A stretch of DNA of 64,000 nucleotides from Massalongia carnosa (lineage: Eukaryota), in assembly GCA_965645245.1 (NCBI GenBank), contig OZ287082.1, positions 310,001 through 374,000 of the forward strand, read 5' to 3'. Positions 49,501 through 61,800 of this stretch are shown here, piece by piece. A program made the position numbers and the translations under genes. The notes beneath the pieces were generated by a model that had not been told where the DNA came from, made no database searches, and worked only from the letters and a program-made list of their open reading frames with translations. How positions within the stretch are numbered: position 1 is the stretch's first letter; each line of letters begins with the position of its first letter.

Positions 49501-51716
49501 ACCGGAACAAGCAGTGCTACTTGGAAACGGACTCTTCGGACCATGTCAATGGAGGTGTTGTCCCAGATAGGAGACGACGGAGAACTTCACCCGGTAGCTT
49601 TCTTTTCAAAGAACATGAGCCCAGCGGAATGCAACTACGAAATCTATGACAAGGAACTGCTAGCAATCATTCGATGCTTTGAACAATGGAAGCCGGAACT
49701 CGAAAGCACGGAGTTACCAGTGAAAATCTTCACCGACCATCATAGCCTGGAGTATTTTATGACCACGAAGAAACTAACTAGACGGCAAGCCCGATGGGCG
49801 GAGTTCCTTTCGGAGCTCAATTTCGTCATCACCTACCGGCCTGGAAAGAAAAATGAAAAAGCAGACGCGCTAACCCGAAGGCCAAACGATAAGTCCCACG
49901 ACGATGATGATGAAAGGCAGCAGCACCAATTGCAGACGCTACTGCCCCCGGAAAGATTGGAACTTCAGCCCATTGAAGAAGCGACGGAACCAGAAGAAAC
50001 GACACGGAACGATGAATCCGACCCCGAACTCCCGACCCTCGACGAAAGAATCAAACAGGAAAACCTCGAAGACGAACTCTGCACCCGAATACGAAACGCG
50101 ATAAAGGAAGGAAACACTGATGACGACTCTCTACCGGACATAAAGAACTGCACCGAGAAGAACGGACTGCTATACAAACGAAAGGGCTTATGGGTGCCGG
50201 ACAAGAAAGAGACCATCCTAGAGGTTATTCGGCAAATTCACGACCAAGTGGCGGTAAGGCACCCTAGAATAGCCAGAACGGTAAATATAATCGGCCAGAA
50301 CTACTATTAGCCAGGCATGAACAAGGACATACGCCGCTATGTGCGAAATTGCCATGTGTGTCGACGAGCCAAGGCCCCAAGGGACAAGTATAATGGACTG
50401 CTGAAACCGCTACCCATACCAGAAAGACCATGGATGGACATCACCCTAGACTACGTTACCGGCCTCCCGAAGAGCAATGGAAATGACGCCATCCTGATGG
50501 TAGTAGACCGACTGTCCAAAGAGAGACACTACATCCCATGCACATGTGATGAAGAAGGAACTACGTCCGAGGCCACAGCCAAACTCCTAGTGGACAACGT
50601 ATGGCGCTATCATGGACTCCCAAGCAGCATAGTATCGGACCGGGGCCCCCAATTCACATCAACAGTTTGGAAAGCCTGGTGTAAAATCCTTGGAATCACT
50701 GCGAAATTGTCCACAGCCTATCATCCAGAAACAGATGGACAAAGTGAAATCGCGAATCAGGAAATGGAACGTCACCTTCGGAGTTTCGTGAACTATAATC
50801 AGGACGACTGGGCGGGCCTTCTTCCAATGGCGGAATTTGCCGCAAACAGCGCACCATCGGCCACCACCGGACTGTCACCATTCATGGCCACGAAAGGTTA
50901 AGAACCAAGGATGAGTTTCGACCCAATCGAACTGTCGTCAGAATCAACAAGGGAAAGGCTAGCCAATGGAAAAGCCCGAGCGATTACCGAGGACATGAAG
51001 AAAATCTGGGATTTCGTCAAACAAAATATGGGAAAGACCCAAGAAAGGCAAATAACAGCAGCTGACCGACACCGAAGAGACGTCTCATATGAAGTAGGCG
51101 ACATGGTATGGTTATCTACTCGAAATATCAAGACAGAACGAACGTCCAATAAATTGGACCATAAGATGATTGGACCCTATCGAGTCAAGAAGTTAGTAGG
51201 GTCATCCTGTCAACTAGAATTGCCACCATCAATGAAAATTCACGATGTCTTCCATACCAGCTTGCTTCGAAAGGCCTCAGACGACCCACTCCCAGGTCAG
51301 ATAAACGAGCCACCGCCACCCATAGTCGTAGAAGGTAGCGAAGAATGGGAACTTGATGACATTCTGGACTCACGAAAGCGGTACCGAAAGGTGCAATACA
51401 AGGTCAAATGGAAGGGAATTGACGAGGACCTGACATGGTATGATGCCGAAGGTTCCGAAAATGCAAAAGAAGTGATGGAGGACTTCCATCAACGAAACCC
51501 AAATAAACCGCGATGATCGCACTAACCGCATCGGTCACTTAATCTCATATTAAGCGGTGATAGGGACCGAAACTCCCGACGCGCTAAACCTTATCTTGGT
51601 TAGAAAGACTATCAAAAAGCGGAGATAACGCGGACATTATCGCGGTCAGGTCACTCGCGATTTAGAGCGGGGTAGTGTCACGGTTCTACTCGGCACTACT
51701 TCGGTAGACCGGAGCG
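46544..51716 (+). mobile_element. Ty3/gypsy chromovirus D (gag/PR deletion, stops, 3' LTR truncated)
   Basis: LTR 46544-46780 and the start of a second LTR at 51676; gag 46884-47840; YLDD RT; ETDSS RNase H; SDRGPQF integrase; EEWELDDILDSR...YKVKWKG chromodomain. Confidence 0.93.
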
Positions 51717-51865
51717 CGTTAACGAGCGTTACCAAAAATTTGAAAATAATTTTCGTTATATCGTTATGGAGGGTTATTCATTATAACGAGGTTTTTACCA
51801 GAGAAATATATTCGTTATGCCGAGGTTTTCGTTATACGGGACTTCCCTATAGCGGGGTTCGACTG
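51717..51865. mobile_element. Terminal fragment of a pogo/Tigger-type element
   Basis: Reverse complement reads TA-CAGTCGAACCCCGCTATA, with repeated CGTTAT/ATAACG subterminal motifs. Confidence 0.7.
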
Positions 51866-52040
51866 TACCCACACTCTCTTGTGTGTCATATTATTTCACA
51901 CGGAAGACGAGGAGATAAAAGGCATCAAATCTTATCTTATCATGCTTCAGGCTAGTGTTGTCAAGGTCATCTCAATCGAAACAACTCGAAATACACAAAC
52001 ACATATTCATTGCACTACATGACATTTCCTCGTAGCGGTC

Positions 52041-55000
52041 ATGGCGGCACGAAGAGAATCCGATTTTCAGCGTCTTGAGGAACGCTTGAGGGAGCTGGAG
52101 CGACGCAGGGAAGAAGCCGAGCAGCGCAGGGAAGAAGCCGAGCAGCGCTTACGGGCAACAACGTTCGACGAGTACCTGGAAGCCTGCCACGTGCACATTT
52201 CGAAACGACTTTCCATTCAAGTAAATAAGAGTATAACCACGACGGGCGCACTTACCAGCGTGACCGGCAAGGTATGTCCCAGCAAACTCCGGCCTTGGGA
52301 GGGCTTCAACGGAGCCCAAGCATCGTTGTTGATCGATGCGCGAAAACGCTTTCACTCGGACTGCACGCCTCATCTCCGGCGATTTGCCACGGTGCAGCAT
52401 TTGCAAGAGCTTGGCGCCGACCTCTGTGACCGCAAATATGCCAGCGAATCAGATCTCGCATCCTACGAGCGACTCGCAGTGGAGGGGCCCACGGCAAAGA
52501 TTATAGAGCAACTGAGCAAGATGACAGAACTCGATGGGTTAGGATTTGATAACCATGCGAATGCCCTCAATGACCAAGGAGAAGGGGCGCTGGAGCATGA
52601 TATGATGGAAGACCTGCAGAATCCGAGAATTCAGGGCAACGCTGACACGCGCCATCCTTTAGAAGCGCGAAAACGCGGTCGACCGGATCAATATTGCATC
52701 TACAAGACGGCCGGAAGTCACAAACTGCTGTTGGTGGCCGAATACAAAGCGGCTCACAAACTTTCAGTGCAAGACCTGCAAACACGTCTGCGGCCCATGA
52801 ACTTAGCTAACGATGTCATCAACGTGTCCATATTTGCGACGGAGCAGGAACAGAAAGATCATAATGCGGACTGGCGCATAGGATGCGCGATCACGCAGGC
52901 TTACTCGTATATGATCGAGAACGGGTTGGAGTACAGTTACATCACGACAGGAGTTGCACTCGTCTTCCTCTGGGTGCGAGCCAAAAACCCAGCCACAGTG
53001 TATTATGTTGGAATACTCGCTTAGCCCCATTAGTTCTAGCTCAGCCCTGCAGGCTGCCATGACTGCTATAAGCAGTCACCTCCGTAGTAATTTCAACATT
53101 ATGCCGTCAACTGTTTATTTAACAGGTTATGAGTCCCGGGTTTGTGCTTTGCGCCCCTCCGACGGCATCCTTCATGCATAGACTACGTACTATCATGTCG
53201 TATCAAGAAGATGATGAGGTGAAAGTTCAGACGTGGAAAGCGCGAAAACGAAGTGGAAACGACATCGAAAGGGATGAGAAACGAAGCGGAAACGAAGCGG
53301 AAACGTCATCGAAAGTGGTGTACGTACGAAACGTGCTGAGGAGGACATCTACAACGGGCGGTGCCTCGAAGACTTCACATCTTGCATTACTGGTCAGATC
53401 AGCAAGGGGAGATAAAAGCCCTGCGATCAGGCCACCAACGTCAATGGTCTGCGGGAAAATGTCTAACAGAGACATCGAGAAAAGCCCTGCTCAGGCCATC
53501 AATAAAACACGTCCATAGTACTCTTCCCATCCACCCATACACTCACAAAAGCTACGTCTCGAGAGATGGTTATGGGTTTAATGAGGCTACAAAGCAGGAC
53601 AACAAAAGACATAAGAAAGAACTACGTGCTTAGGGAAAATGGAGTCAGAGGGAGCTAGATTCGTTCCGCAAGGGGAGCGAATCGGACACAGCTGGATGAA
53701 TCACTTCGCAAGGGGAGTGATGAAAGCTGGATAGTTCAATTTTGGAGGCGAAAGGGGAGCCACGCTCGAAGGGGAGTGTTGGAATACTCGCTTAGCCCCA
53801 TTAGTTCTAGCTCAGCCCTGCAGGCTGCCATGACTGCTATAAGCAGTCACCTCCGTAGTAATTTCAACATTATGCCGTCAACTGTTTATTTAACATATTA
53901 TCACTTGGCCATCCCGAACGAGGACGTGGACAGGAATGGCTACGACTGGCAACGCACTGCTGTTGCTCAGGTGCTTGGCCTGTGTCTCATGGCGTTTCAG
54001 TCGGAGCAGTTCACCGAGAGGAACCAGGGATGGCGGAACAAAATGATGGATGAGCTGGAAAGATGGGAAAAGAATGCCGGATTTTCGAGTCAATCGGACG
54101 AAGATCGAGAACGTGTCGAAACGCCTAGTTCGCTCTTCAAGGCCAACGGTGGATTCAAGATTTCGAAGAATTCCGATCGAACTCCGATCAAGCTTCGGCT
54201 GCGAGGAAGGAAGCGCTGCGAGCCCCCTAAGATCGATCCTGCTCCTGAAGAATCATCGTCGGATTTATCCGAGACAGAGTCCTCCATGAAGAATCCAAAA
54301 AACGGACAAGTGCGGCAACTGTCAAATCGATCCAATGAGGAAGAGCGACAGTCTCTGTGCAAGGATCAGGATAAAGGGAAGCACCAAAGACAACGGTACT
54401 GCAGTCAGAAGTGCTTGCTCGGGATCCGGCAGAAATCCACGCTAGACGAGCGCTGTCCAAACGTGTCCAAGCATCGGAGAATGAGCGATCGCCACGCCAT
54501 CAGCCTGCCAGAGTTCACGGCGTTGGTTAACAGGCAGCTGGACCGTACCCTTGACCGGAACTGCGAACCCCTAGGCCAACGAGGTGCTCGAGGGGCATTG
54601 TTCCGAATCCGATTGACCTCGCACGGCTATGTCTTCGTGGCCAAAGGCACCATTCGCGCATTCGTATCCAACTTGCGACATGAAGGGCGAGTGTACCGCC
54701 ATCTGGAACATCTTCAAGGCACGGCCGTTCCCGTCTATCTTGGCAACATTGACCTCGCCAAACCCTACCATCTCGACGTCGAGGTCCGAATCGTGCACAT
54801 GCTCCTCATGTCCTGGGGAGGAGACGTGGCCGAATCATACGAGACGGTCAAAACAAGACCATCCTTCCAAGCAGAACTCCGCCGCACTGTCGCCGAAGTG
54901 ACACTCGCAGGAATCAATCAAGCAGACCTGCGCCCGCCCAACGTCATCTGGAACCGCGAACTGGATCGCCTCATGCTGATCGATTTCGAGCGGGCGATGT

Positions 55001-55122
55001 TTCTGAATCGCGATCGTCGTTGTCCTCGTCGTGGTTTTGATTTTCGGGCTATGATAGATGAGGATAATGATAACGGGACGTTGCGGGATATTCTATCACC
55101 GGCGAACGCGCGGCTAGAGTGA
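52041..55122 (+). pseudogene. Spok-like copy 2, interrupted by a TRIM at 53006-53895
   Basis: Near-identical to copy 1; deleting the insertion plus one TATTA restores ...TVYYHLAIP... with no other stop. Confidence 0.9.
53006..53895 (+). mobile_element. 890-bp non-autonomous copia-type LTR element (TRIM)
   Basis: Identical 119-bp LTRs 53006-53124 and 53777-53895; TSD TATTA; PBS GGTTATGAG(T)CCC; PPT GAAGGGGAG. Confidence 0.95.
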
Positions 55123-55538
55123 AATGGTAGTTGAAGAATATGATGGGTTGGGGATGGGAATTAAAATAGGTTTGCGGAAACGTGAGCTGCGGAATTGACT
55201 TTAATTCTCTTTCAATAACAGTATGATATTATCTTTATGCAAAATTAAACATCGTGTTCTATATCACGAAATATTATCTCATGCATAACATTATTCAAGA
55301 CTTCTCATATCGATAATCATGAGAGATAGTTTTATAGATTCGGATTTATTATATTGGTTTATAAAGTATAACATAAATTAAATCAAAAAAGCACTTGATA
55401 TCTCATTAACACTATTTCTACTTCTCATTTCATTTAAATATTAAATAATTCATTTACACGTAAATTACGAAAACTAAGGAAGAATTATATCGCGATAAAA
55501 GTTTACGTCGCGCAACGGGTCTGGTTGGGTTAGGTTTT

Positions 55539-55807
55539 TGTCACGGATTACAACGCTCTAACCTCAGGCAACACATGACGTAGTGTTATTCACCTTATCT
55601 AACCGAAAACGGATTTAGCACTGCTTGTAGCGACATTATTAACACGCGTGGTATGAGCAGTTCAACGACGGTGATGAAAACCTGCATTAGGCTTAGCACG
55701 GGTATGAGTGTTTATTAACCGGCGATCTGTACAAAGATTTCTTTCTTCATCTTACTAGTTTTCGTACATAGTCCCTATTAGATTTCTATCTAGGTCGACA
55801 TGCTACA
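55539..55807. mobile_element. Solo LTR
   Basis: TGTCAC...GCTACA; TSD GTTTT. Confidence 0.88.
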
Positions 55808-55855
55808 GTTTTAATTAGTCGAACACGACCGGTACTGGGTTGGGAAATCTGTAGA

Positions 55856-56007
55856 TACGAGGCGCAACGGGTCAGGTTTCTCTACTGAAAACCCAACCCG
55901 TTTGTGGCGAACCCGATGATTTTTGGTGTCCGGGTTGAGTTTTCAAAGAAAAACCCGGTGGCGAAAAAGTAATTTGGTTGCGAAAACCCAACCCGTTGCG
56001 CGGCGTA
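55856..56007. mobile_element. MITE (hAT-like), opposite orientation to 46100
   Basis: TIRs; TSD TCTGTAGA/TCTGTTGA. Confidence 0.9.
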
Positions 56008-56414
56008 TCTGTTGAGATGAATTGAAGAACTGTTCCCGGGTTAACTCATTTGACGCGTTCACCCGTTGGATTTATTGTGTCAATTTTAAACGTGTTTTTT
56101 AGACGTTTATTACATATTTGAAAATTCTGAAAATTCTGAAAATTAGTCATCAAGAAATGATTATTAGTAAGCAGAATTTTTATCACTTTAAACGTCATAT
56201 TTTCGTCGAATTTTCATATTTAATTTGAAGAAAAAATTGACCGGGTTGAACGATTTATCCCGAAAACCTACATAATAACCCAAACCCGTCGGGTCAGGTT
56301 CGAGGGCATTCAACCCGACCCGAAAACCCGACCCAAACCCGACAGGTTTAACCTAACCCTTTGCGCGGCGTAATTTTAGACGTTTTAAACATATTTGAAA
56401 ATTCCGAAAATTCC

Positions 56415-56846
56415 TGTCAGGGGAGGGCTGGAGAGATACAAGACTCTATCTTGCAGAACGGATATCTAGATATGCTAAAACTAGAAGTTGAGAATAATAC
56501 ACAAGACGTCCGATGAAGAGCTCTAAACACCTGGGAAACCACATATACTTTATAGCCATGGCTTTCAACTCTCCTATTCTCGACTTGCCCCATCTCTGTT
56601 CCTATACTAATTTCCTTAACATGATTGCTTTGACCTATCCCGCCTTTATCTGTGCTGAAGCACTCGCAGTCATAAGCCTGGATAGTGGAGACGTTGAGAT
56701 TGGAATACGGATTGTAGGAGATTGATAGTGCGCTGAGGGCGGCAGAAGAACGCCTGAGCACGATGGGTGAGGTTTTACAGCAATAGGCCCTGTTAAATAC
56801 TAACCCGATCAGGACAAGCGGGAGGGTGCGAAGCGATTCCGTGACA
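56415..56846. mobile_element. Solo LTR
   Basis: TGTCA...TGACA; TSD ATTCC; same family as 43742. Confidence 0.9.
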
Positions 56847-56905
56847 ATTCCGAAAATTAGTCATTTGCAAAAAAGTCCAATTTAATTAAACTATTTAACC
56901 CGAAA

Positions 56906-57057
56906 TACGCCGCGCAACGGGTTGAATTTTCGCCACAACATTGCCTTTTCGTTATCGGGTTTTTCTTTAAAAATTTAATCCGAACAACAAAAATTATAGA
57001 ACTCGCCACAAACGAATTAAGTTTCCAGTAGAGAAACCCGACTCGTTGCGCGGCGTA
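56906..57057. mobile_element. MITE (hAT-like)
   Basis: TIRs; perfect TSD ACCCGAAA. Confidence 0.92.
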
Positions 57058-57099
57058 ACCCGAAACCCCGCATATAAAATTCGAATCAGTCGAGTCGAG

Positions 57100-57205
57100 T
57101 TCGAGGAGGTTTTCCATGTAACATAACTTAGATTGCTTTGCCCGCATGGGCCGGCCTACGGCTGGTGTCATATCGGAGTATGAATACATCATCATCATCA
57201 TCATA
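57100..57205 (+). mobile_element. Very short LINE 3' end
   Basis: Matches 26220-26315, including the hairpin and (ATC)n tail. Confidence 0.8.
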
Positions 57206-57280
57206 TTTTATAAAGAAGAGAAATAATAAGTATATTTTATCATTGTATCATTTAATCTGAATAGACGAAAAACTTCGAAA

Positions 57281-58879
57281 ATGATCAACACACTCGCGCA
57301 AGACCGCGAGAAACGCAAGAAGGAGCAGGAGGAGAAGATAAAGCTCTTGGGAGCAAAGATAGATGAGTACTTAAAGCCCGGTAACAGCGTAGGAGACCCG
57401 GTGGCGCAAACTCTGTTGAAGGAGGTTAAAGCCACGTTGCAAGCCCAGCTTCACATTAATTCGGAAAACGAAGACACCGTCCCGGTAGCAGAGTCCCTAC
57501 GGGACATAAGAAACGCACTTAATCGCATGGAAGGCACCAAAAAGAATAACGAGCCCCCCACAAGCTACGCCGCCGCGGCCACCCCGCTGGCGCCCCAGAA
57601 CCAGGCCGGGCAAAGCCCGACGTATAATCTTAAGCACCCCAAACCCCAAAAAACCAAAGAGCCATCCCCCAGCGAGGCCAAAAGGGCCCGGGAGATCACA
57701 CTACGAGTCACGAACGAGGCCGATCGAGAAAGAGTGAGACAGATGCCCACTCAGGAGTTGGTGGAATCGCTGCAGAAAAACGTCGAAGGGATAGTGGGAA
57801 TATCGCGACTTACAAGCGGAGACATACGAATTCACGCAGAATCAGCAGAGGTCAAGAAGACCTTATATGAAAACACTGAATGGATCACTGCGATTGCGGC
57901 GTCTGCTACAGTCCAACGCCGCACCTATGCAGTGCGAGCTAGCGGAGTAAAGATGGCACATATCGATGCCACCAATCAGAATCAAACCATACAGTACCTG
58001 CAGGCAGCTAACGCACGATTACACTCAGGCCTAAAAATCACGAGAATCGCCTGGTCGTTCAGGGCCATCAAAGAAAAGAAGTCATACTCGTCGCTGCATG
58101 TAGAAGTAGAGACTCCCGCGATGGCGAACCGCCTCATCACCGAGGGCTTCCTCGTCGATCATGAGATTAAGAATTGCGAAAAATTCGTAAAAAGTTGCAA
58201 GCTAACGCAGTGCTTCAACTGCTATAAATACGGACACATAGCAAAACGCTGCCGCAACCCAACGGCGTGCGGGCTCTGCGCCGGCGGGCACTCGACCAAC
58301 GAATGCAACCCAGAAACAACAGGTAAACACAAAAGGTGCGCATGCTGCGAGGAGAGAGGCCACGTAGCGTGGGCCCCAACATGCAAACTCAGATTACTAG
58401 AAATGAGAAAGATAGAGAAGGCCAGGAAAAGCTCACCCCAGCTCTTCGTCACGGGCGACCCGATCGTAGCGCGGTCATTCATCTTCTCGTCTCAAACCTC
58501 AACGGACAAGGAATGCAGCGCAACACCAGGGGAGGCAACGGAGAGACCTGTCAACGGTTCCTGGAAGGTCGTCACCAGCAAGAAAAGGAAAACCGCCCCA
58601 GCGGGTTCCCAAGAAGTCTCCTCGGCAGGTCCCAGCCGCGTAGCGGGCATGTCATGGAAGGACACGGAGATCATGAAACCTATGAACATGCAAAGAGCGA
58701 TAGCAAAGCCAACTCTTGGCAGACCACCAAACACACCAACCGCAGCAACACCCGCCCCGTTCCGCACGGATCCCGCCCCCCCCCCGCCGACCCTTGAATC
58801 ATCTCCCTCCCCCGCCGACCCAGAATCGGACCACCCCACCGCCCCGGCAACGGACGTAATGGAAGAAGGAGATTTATGA
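57281..58879 (+). CDS. LINE ORF1 (gag-like, three zinc knuckles), intact
   Basis: TSYAAAA; RLTSGDI; CFNCYKYGHIAKRC, CGLCAGGHSTNEC, CACCEERGHVAWAPTC. Confidence 0.9.
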   Translation: MINTLAQDREKRKKEQEEKIKLLGAKIDEYLKPGNSVGDPVAQTLLKEVKATLQAQLHINSENEDTVPVAESLRDIRNALNRMEGTKKNNEPPTSYAAAATPLAPQNQAGQSPTYNLKHPKPQKTKEPSPSEAKRAREITLRVTNEADRERVRQMPTQELVESLQKNVEGIVGISRLTSGDIRIHAESAEVKKTLYENTEWITAIAASATVQRRTYAVRASGVKMAHIDATNQNQTIQYLQAANARLHSGLKITRIAWSFRAIKEKKSYSSLHVEVETPAMANRLITEGFLVDHEIKNCEKFVKSCKLTQCFNCYKYGHIAKRCRNPTACGLCAGGHSTNECNPETTGKHKRCACCEERGHVAWAPTCKLRLLEMRKIEKARKSSPQLFVTGDPIVARSFIFSSQTSTDKECSATPGEATERPVNGSWKVVTSKKRKTAPAGSQEVSSAGPSRVAGMSWKDTEIMKPMNMQRAIAKPTLGRPPNTPTAATPAPFRTDPAPPPPTLESSPSPADPESDHPTAPATDVMEEGDL

Positions 58880-61800
58880 AGGACATAAACTCCATTAACA
58901 TACTACAGTACAACGTCAGAAATGATCGAGTAAGCACAATGATTCCACTTTTGGCAGATTTAAACACGCAGGACTACGATGTTATAGCAATACAGGAACC
59001 GTGGCGGAGCACGCACGCTCCTACAACGCTCAGCTCACATCAAAGTGGATTTCACCTCCTGTATCGTCCCGGCGGTGACACACGCGTATGTTTTTACGTT
59101 AACGAGAAAATAGACCCGGAAAGCTGGGAAGTAGAATTCCCTACCGCAGATCTATGCACGTTGAAATTGAACGTGTGTACCGATGGGGTTACAAAAGTGC
59201 TGCACATTCATAACGTGTACAACCCGTCCCCGTCCTCTTATTCATCCACAGACAGCCCGTCCACACTCCCCGTCGTACGCCAGCAGCTTGCCGCAGACGC
59301 ACAGCACGTTCTTCTCCGCGACTTCAATCTTCACCACCCCTTTTGGAATGGAATCACAAGGCCAACACAACACGCAGCCGCAGATCAGTTATTGAATATA
59401 GTAGAAGAATTTGACCTCTCACTGACGCTGCCCAAAGGAACCGTCACGTGGGAGGCCCGGAACTATTTTAGCACTATAGATCTAGTATTCATGTCGGAAT
59501 TTCTGGCGGAAAGACTGGAACACTGCATGTCAAGACCGGAAATGAATCAATCCTCTGATCACATTCCGATATCCACTCGCATTCTTCTCGGGAGTGAACA
59601 GCTAACGAAAGTAAAGCGCAGAGCATGGAAGCTGCTGAACATGGAGAAATTGAGGGAGGCTGAAAGCAACGCCCCGCCCGTGACCCACCCCCGCTCAACC
59701 GCAGAAATAGATCAGTACGCCCAGACAATTCAAGAGTTCCTGCAGAAAATCATAACCGCCTCCGTCCCCTGGGCCAGACCCAGCGAATATGCGAAACCTT
59801 TTTGGAACGAAGAATGCAACCGCGCCACCCGCGAGACTCGCAAATTGCGCCGCTTCTGGTCGTCATCGCGCCACTTAGACGACTGGAAGGCATATATGAA
59901 GTCCAACGACAAGAAGCAAAAGATAATCCAAAAAGCAATAACGCTCTCATTTCGCAAAGAGATAAGCAAAGCCACCGAGTCGCCGTTGGGCATATGGAAG
60001 CTAGCAAGATGGGCAAAAGACAAGAGTCAGAAGCCCCGCGAGATACCGAAAATGCCGCTATTGAGGCACGAAGGGCAAACAGCGGAGACGTTCGAAGAAA
60101 AAGCGGAAATGCTGAAAGCCAAATTCTTTCCCCCCCCCCCGCCGGCCGACTTGAGCGACATACCCGGGTCGTTCTACCCCGCCGCCGCGGAATGCCCCAT
60201 GACAATCACAAATGACGAAGTGATCGCAAACATACAACGTCTTAAGTCCGACAAGGCTCCGGGCCCTGACGGGATCACCAACAGAATTCTCAAGGCATGC
60301 TCCACAAAGCTAGCAGAGTTGCTAACCCCTTTATTTCAGGCTTGCGTCACGCATGCGTATCATCCCCGCGAGTTCAAAAGAGCAAACACGATCGCGCTCA
60401 GAAAACCGGGAAAGAAAGACAATACCAGTCCAAAGGCATACAGACCCATAGCTTTACTGAACACAATGGGTAAGGTATTGGAAGCAGTCATCGCAAGGAA
60501 GATCACTCATATAGCGGAAGAGCACCGGCTCCTGCCGGAGACACAAATGGGCGCTCGGCGTGGCCGATCTACCGAGTCTGCGCTCGAACTCCTCACCGAA
60601 CAGGTACACACTGTATGAGGACAATGCAACAACAAGGTGGCAACTCTCCTCAGCATGGATGTAGCAGGCGCATTCGACACAGTGTCTTATCGCAGGCTGA
60701 TACACAATCTGCGAAAAAGGAAAATCCCGAAATGGATCACAGACTGGACGGCAAGCTTTCTGAAGGAAAGAAGAACCACACTAACGATAAACCGGCGAGT
60801 AACCGAGGAGTTCACGGTGCGCACGGGCATTCCTTAAGGCTCACCTATTTCCCCTATTCTCTACCTGTTCTACAATGCGGACCTTTTAGAGATATGCGAG
60901 AGACCCGGCACAAACACGAGCTCGCTAGGATTTGTAGATGACGTAAATGTGTTGGCATACGGCAAGAGCACGGAAGAAAACTGCAGAACCCTCGAAAGAA
61001 TTCACAGAAAATGCGAACTATGGGCGGCACGCCACGGGTCCGTATTTGCACCGGATAAATATGAGCTCATTCATTTGTCCAGAAATCCAAAGAAATTCGA
61101 CATGTCGGCTACTATTCAAATAGAAAACAACCTAATAGAACCGAAAACGGACATACGAGTTTTGGGCCTCCAAATCGACACCAAATTGAAATGGGGAGCC
61201 CACATACGGAAAACACAGGAAAAGATGACGTCGCAGTCGCTGGCGCTCACAAAAATTTCGACATCCACCTGGGGAGCTTCTTTCGCGAAGGCCCGGCAGG
61301 TTTACACCGCCGTCGTTCGCCCGGCAATGACTTATGGAAGCACCGTGTGGCACACACCCAGGGAAATCAAGAAAAACAAGGCCACGACGTCCAAACTCAG
61401 CGTCATGCAGAACAAATGCTTACGCACCGTGACAGGGGCGTTCAAGGCAACACCCGTCGAAGTTCTCGAAGCGGAAACGTTCATCGCCCCCATGGAGTTG
61501 CATCTGGACAATTTACAGATAAAAGCAAGGTATCGTCTACGGGCCGCAGGGCAGGCGAAACTGATTTCCAAAGCCTGCAACACAATAGCGAACAAGCTAC
61601 GGGGTAAGGCAGGACGCAAAAGAACGCAACACCTCACCCCAGGAGAGTTGAAATACGAATGGGCCAGCAAAATGTTGAATAACGAGGCACCAGTCACAAT
61701 GCCCCCATCGCCCCCGCCCTGGTCCACACCCGACCCGGCGCACCTCGAAAAATGCACCACGACACGCCATACCATAGAGAAACACACAAAGGCCACCACA

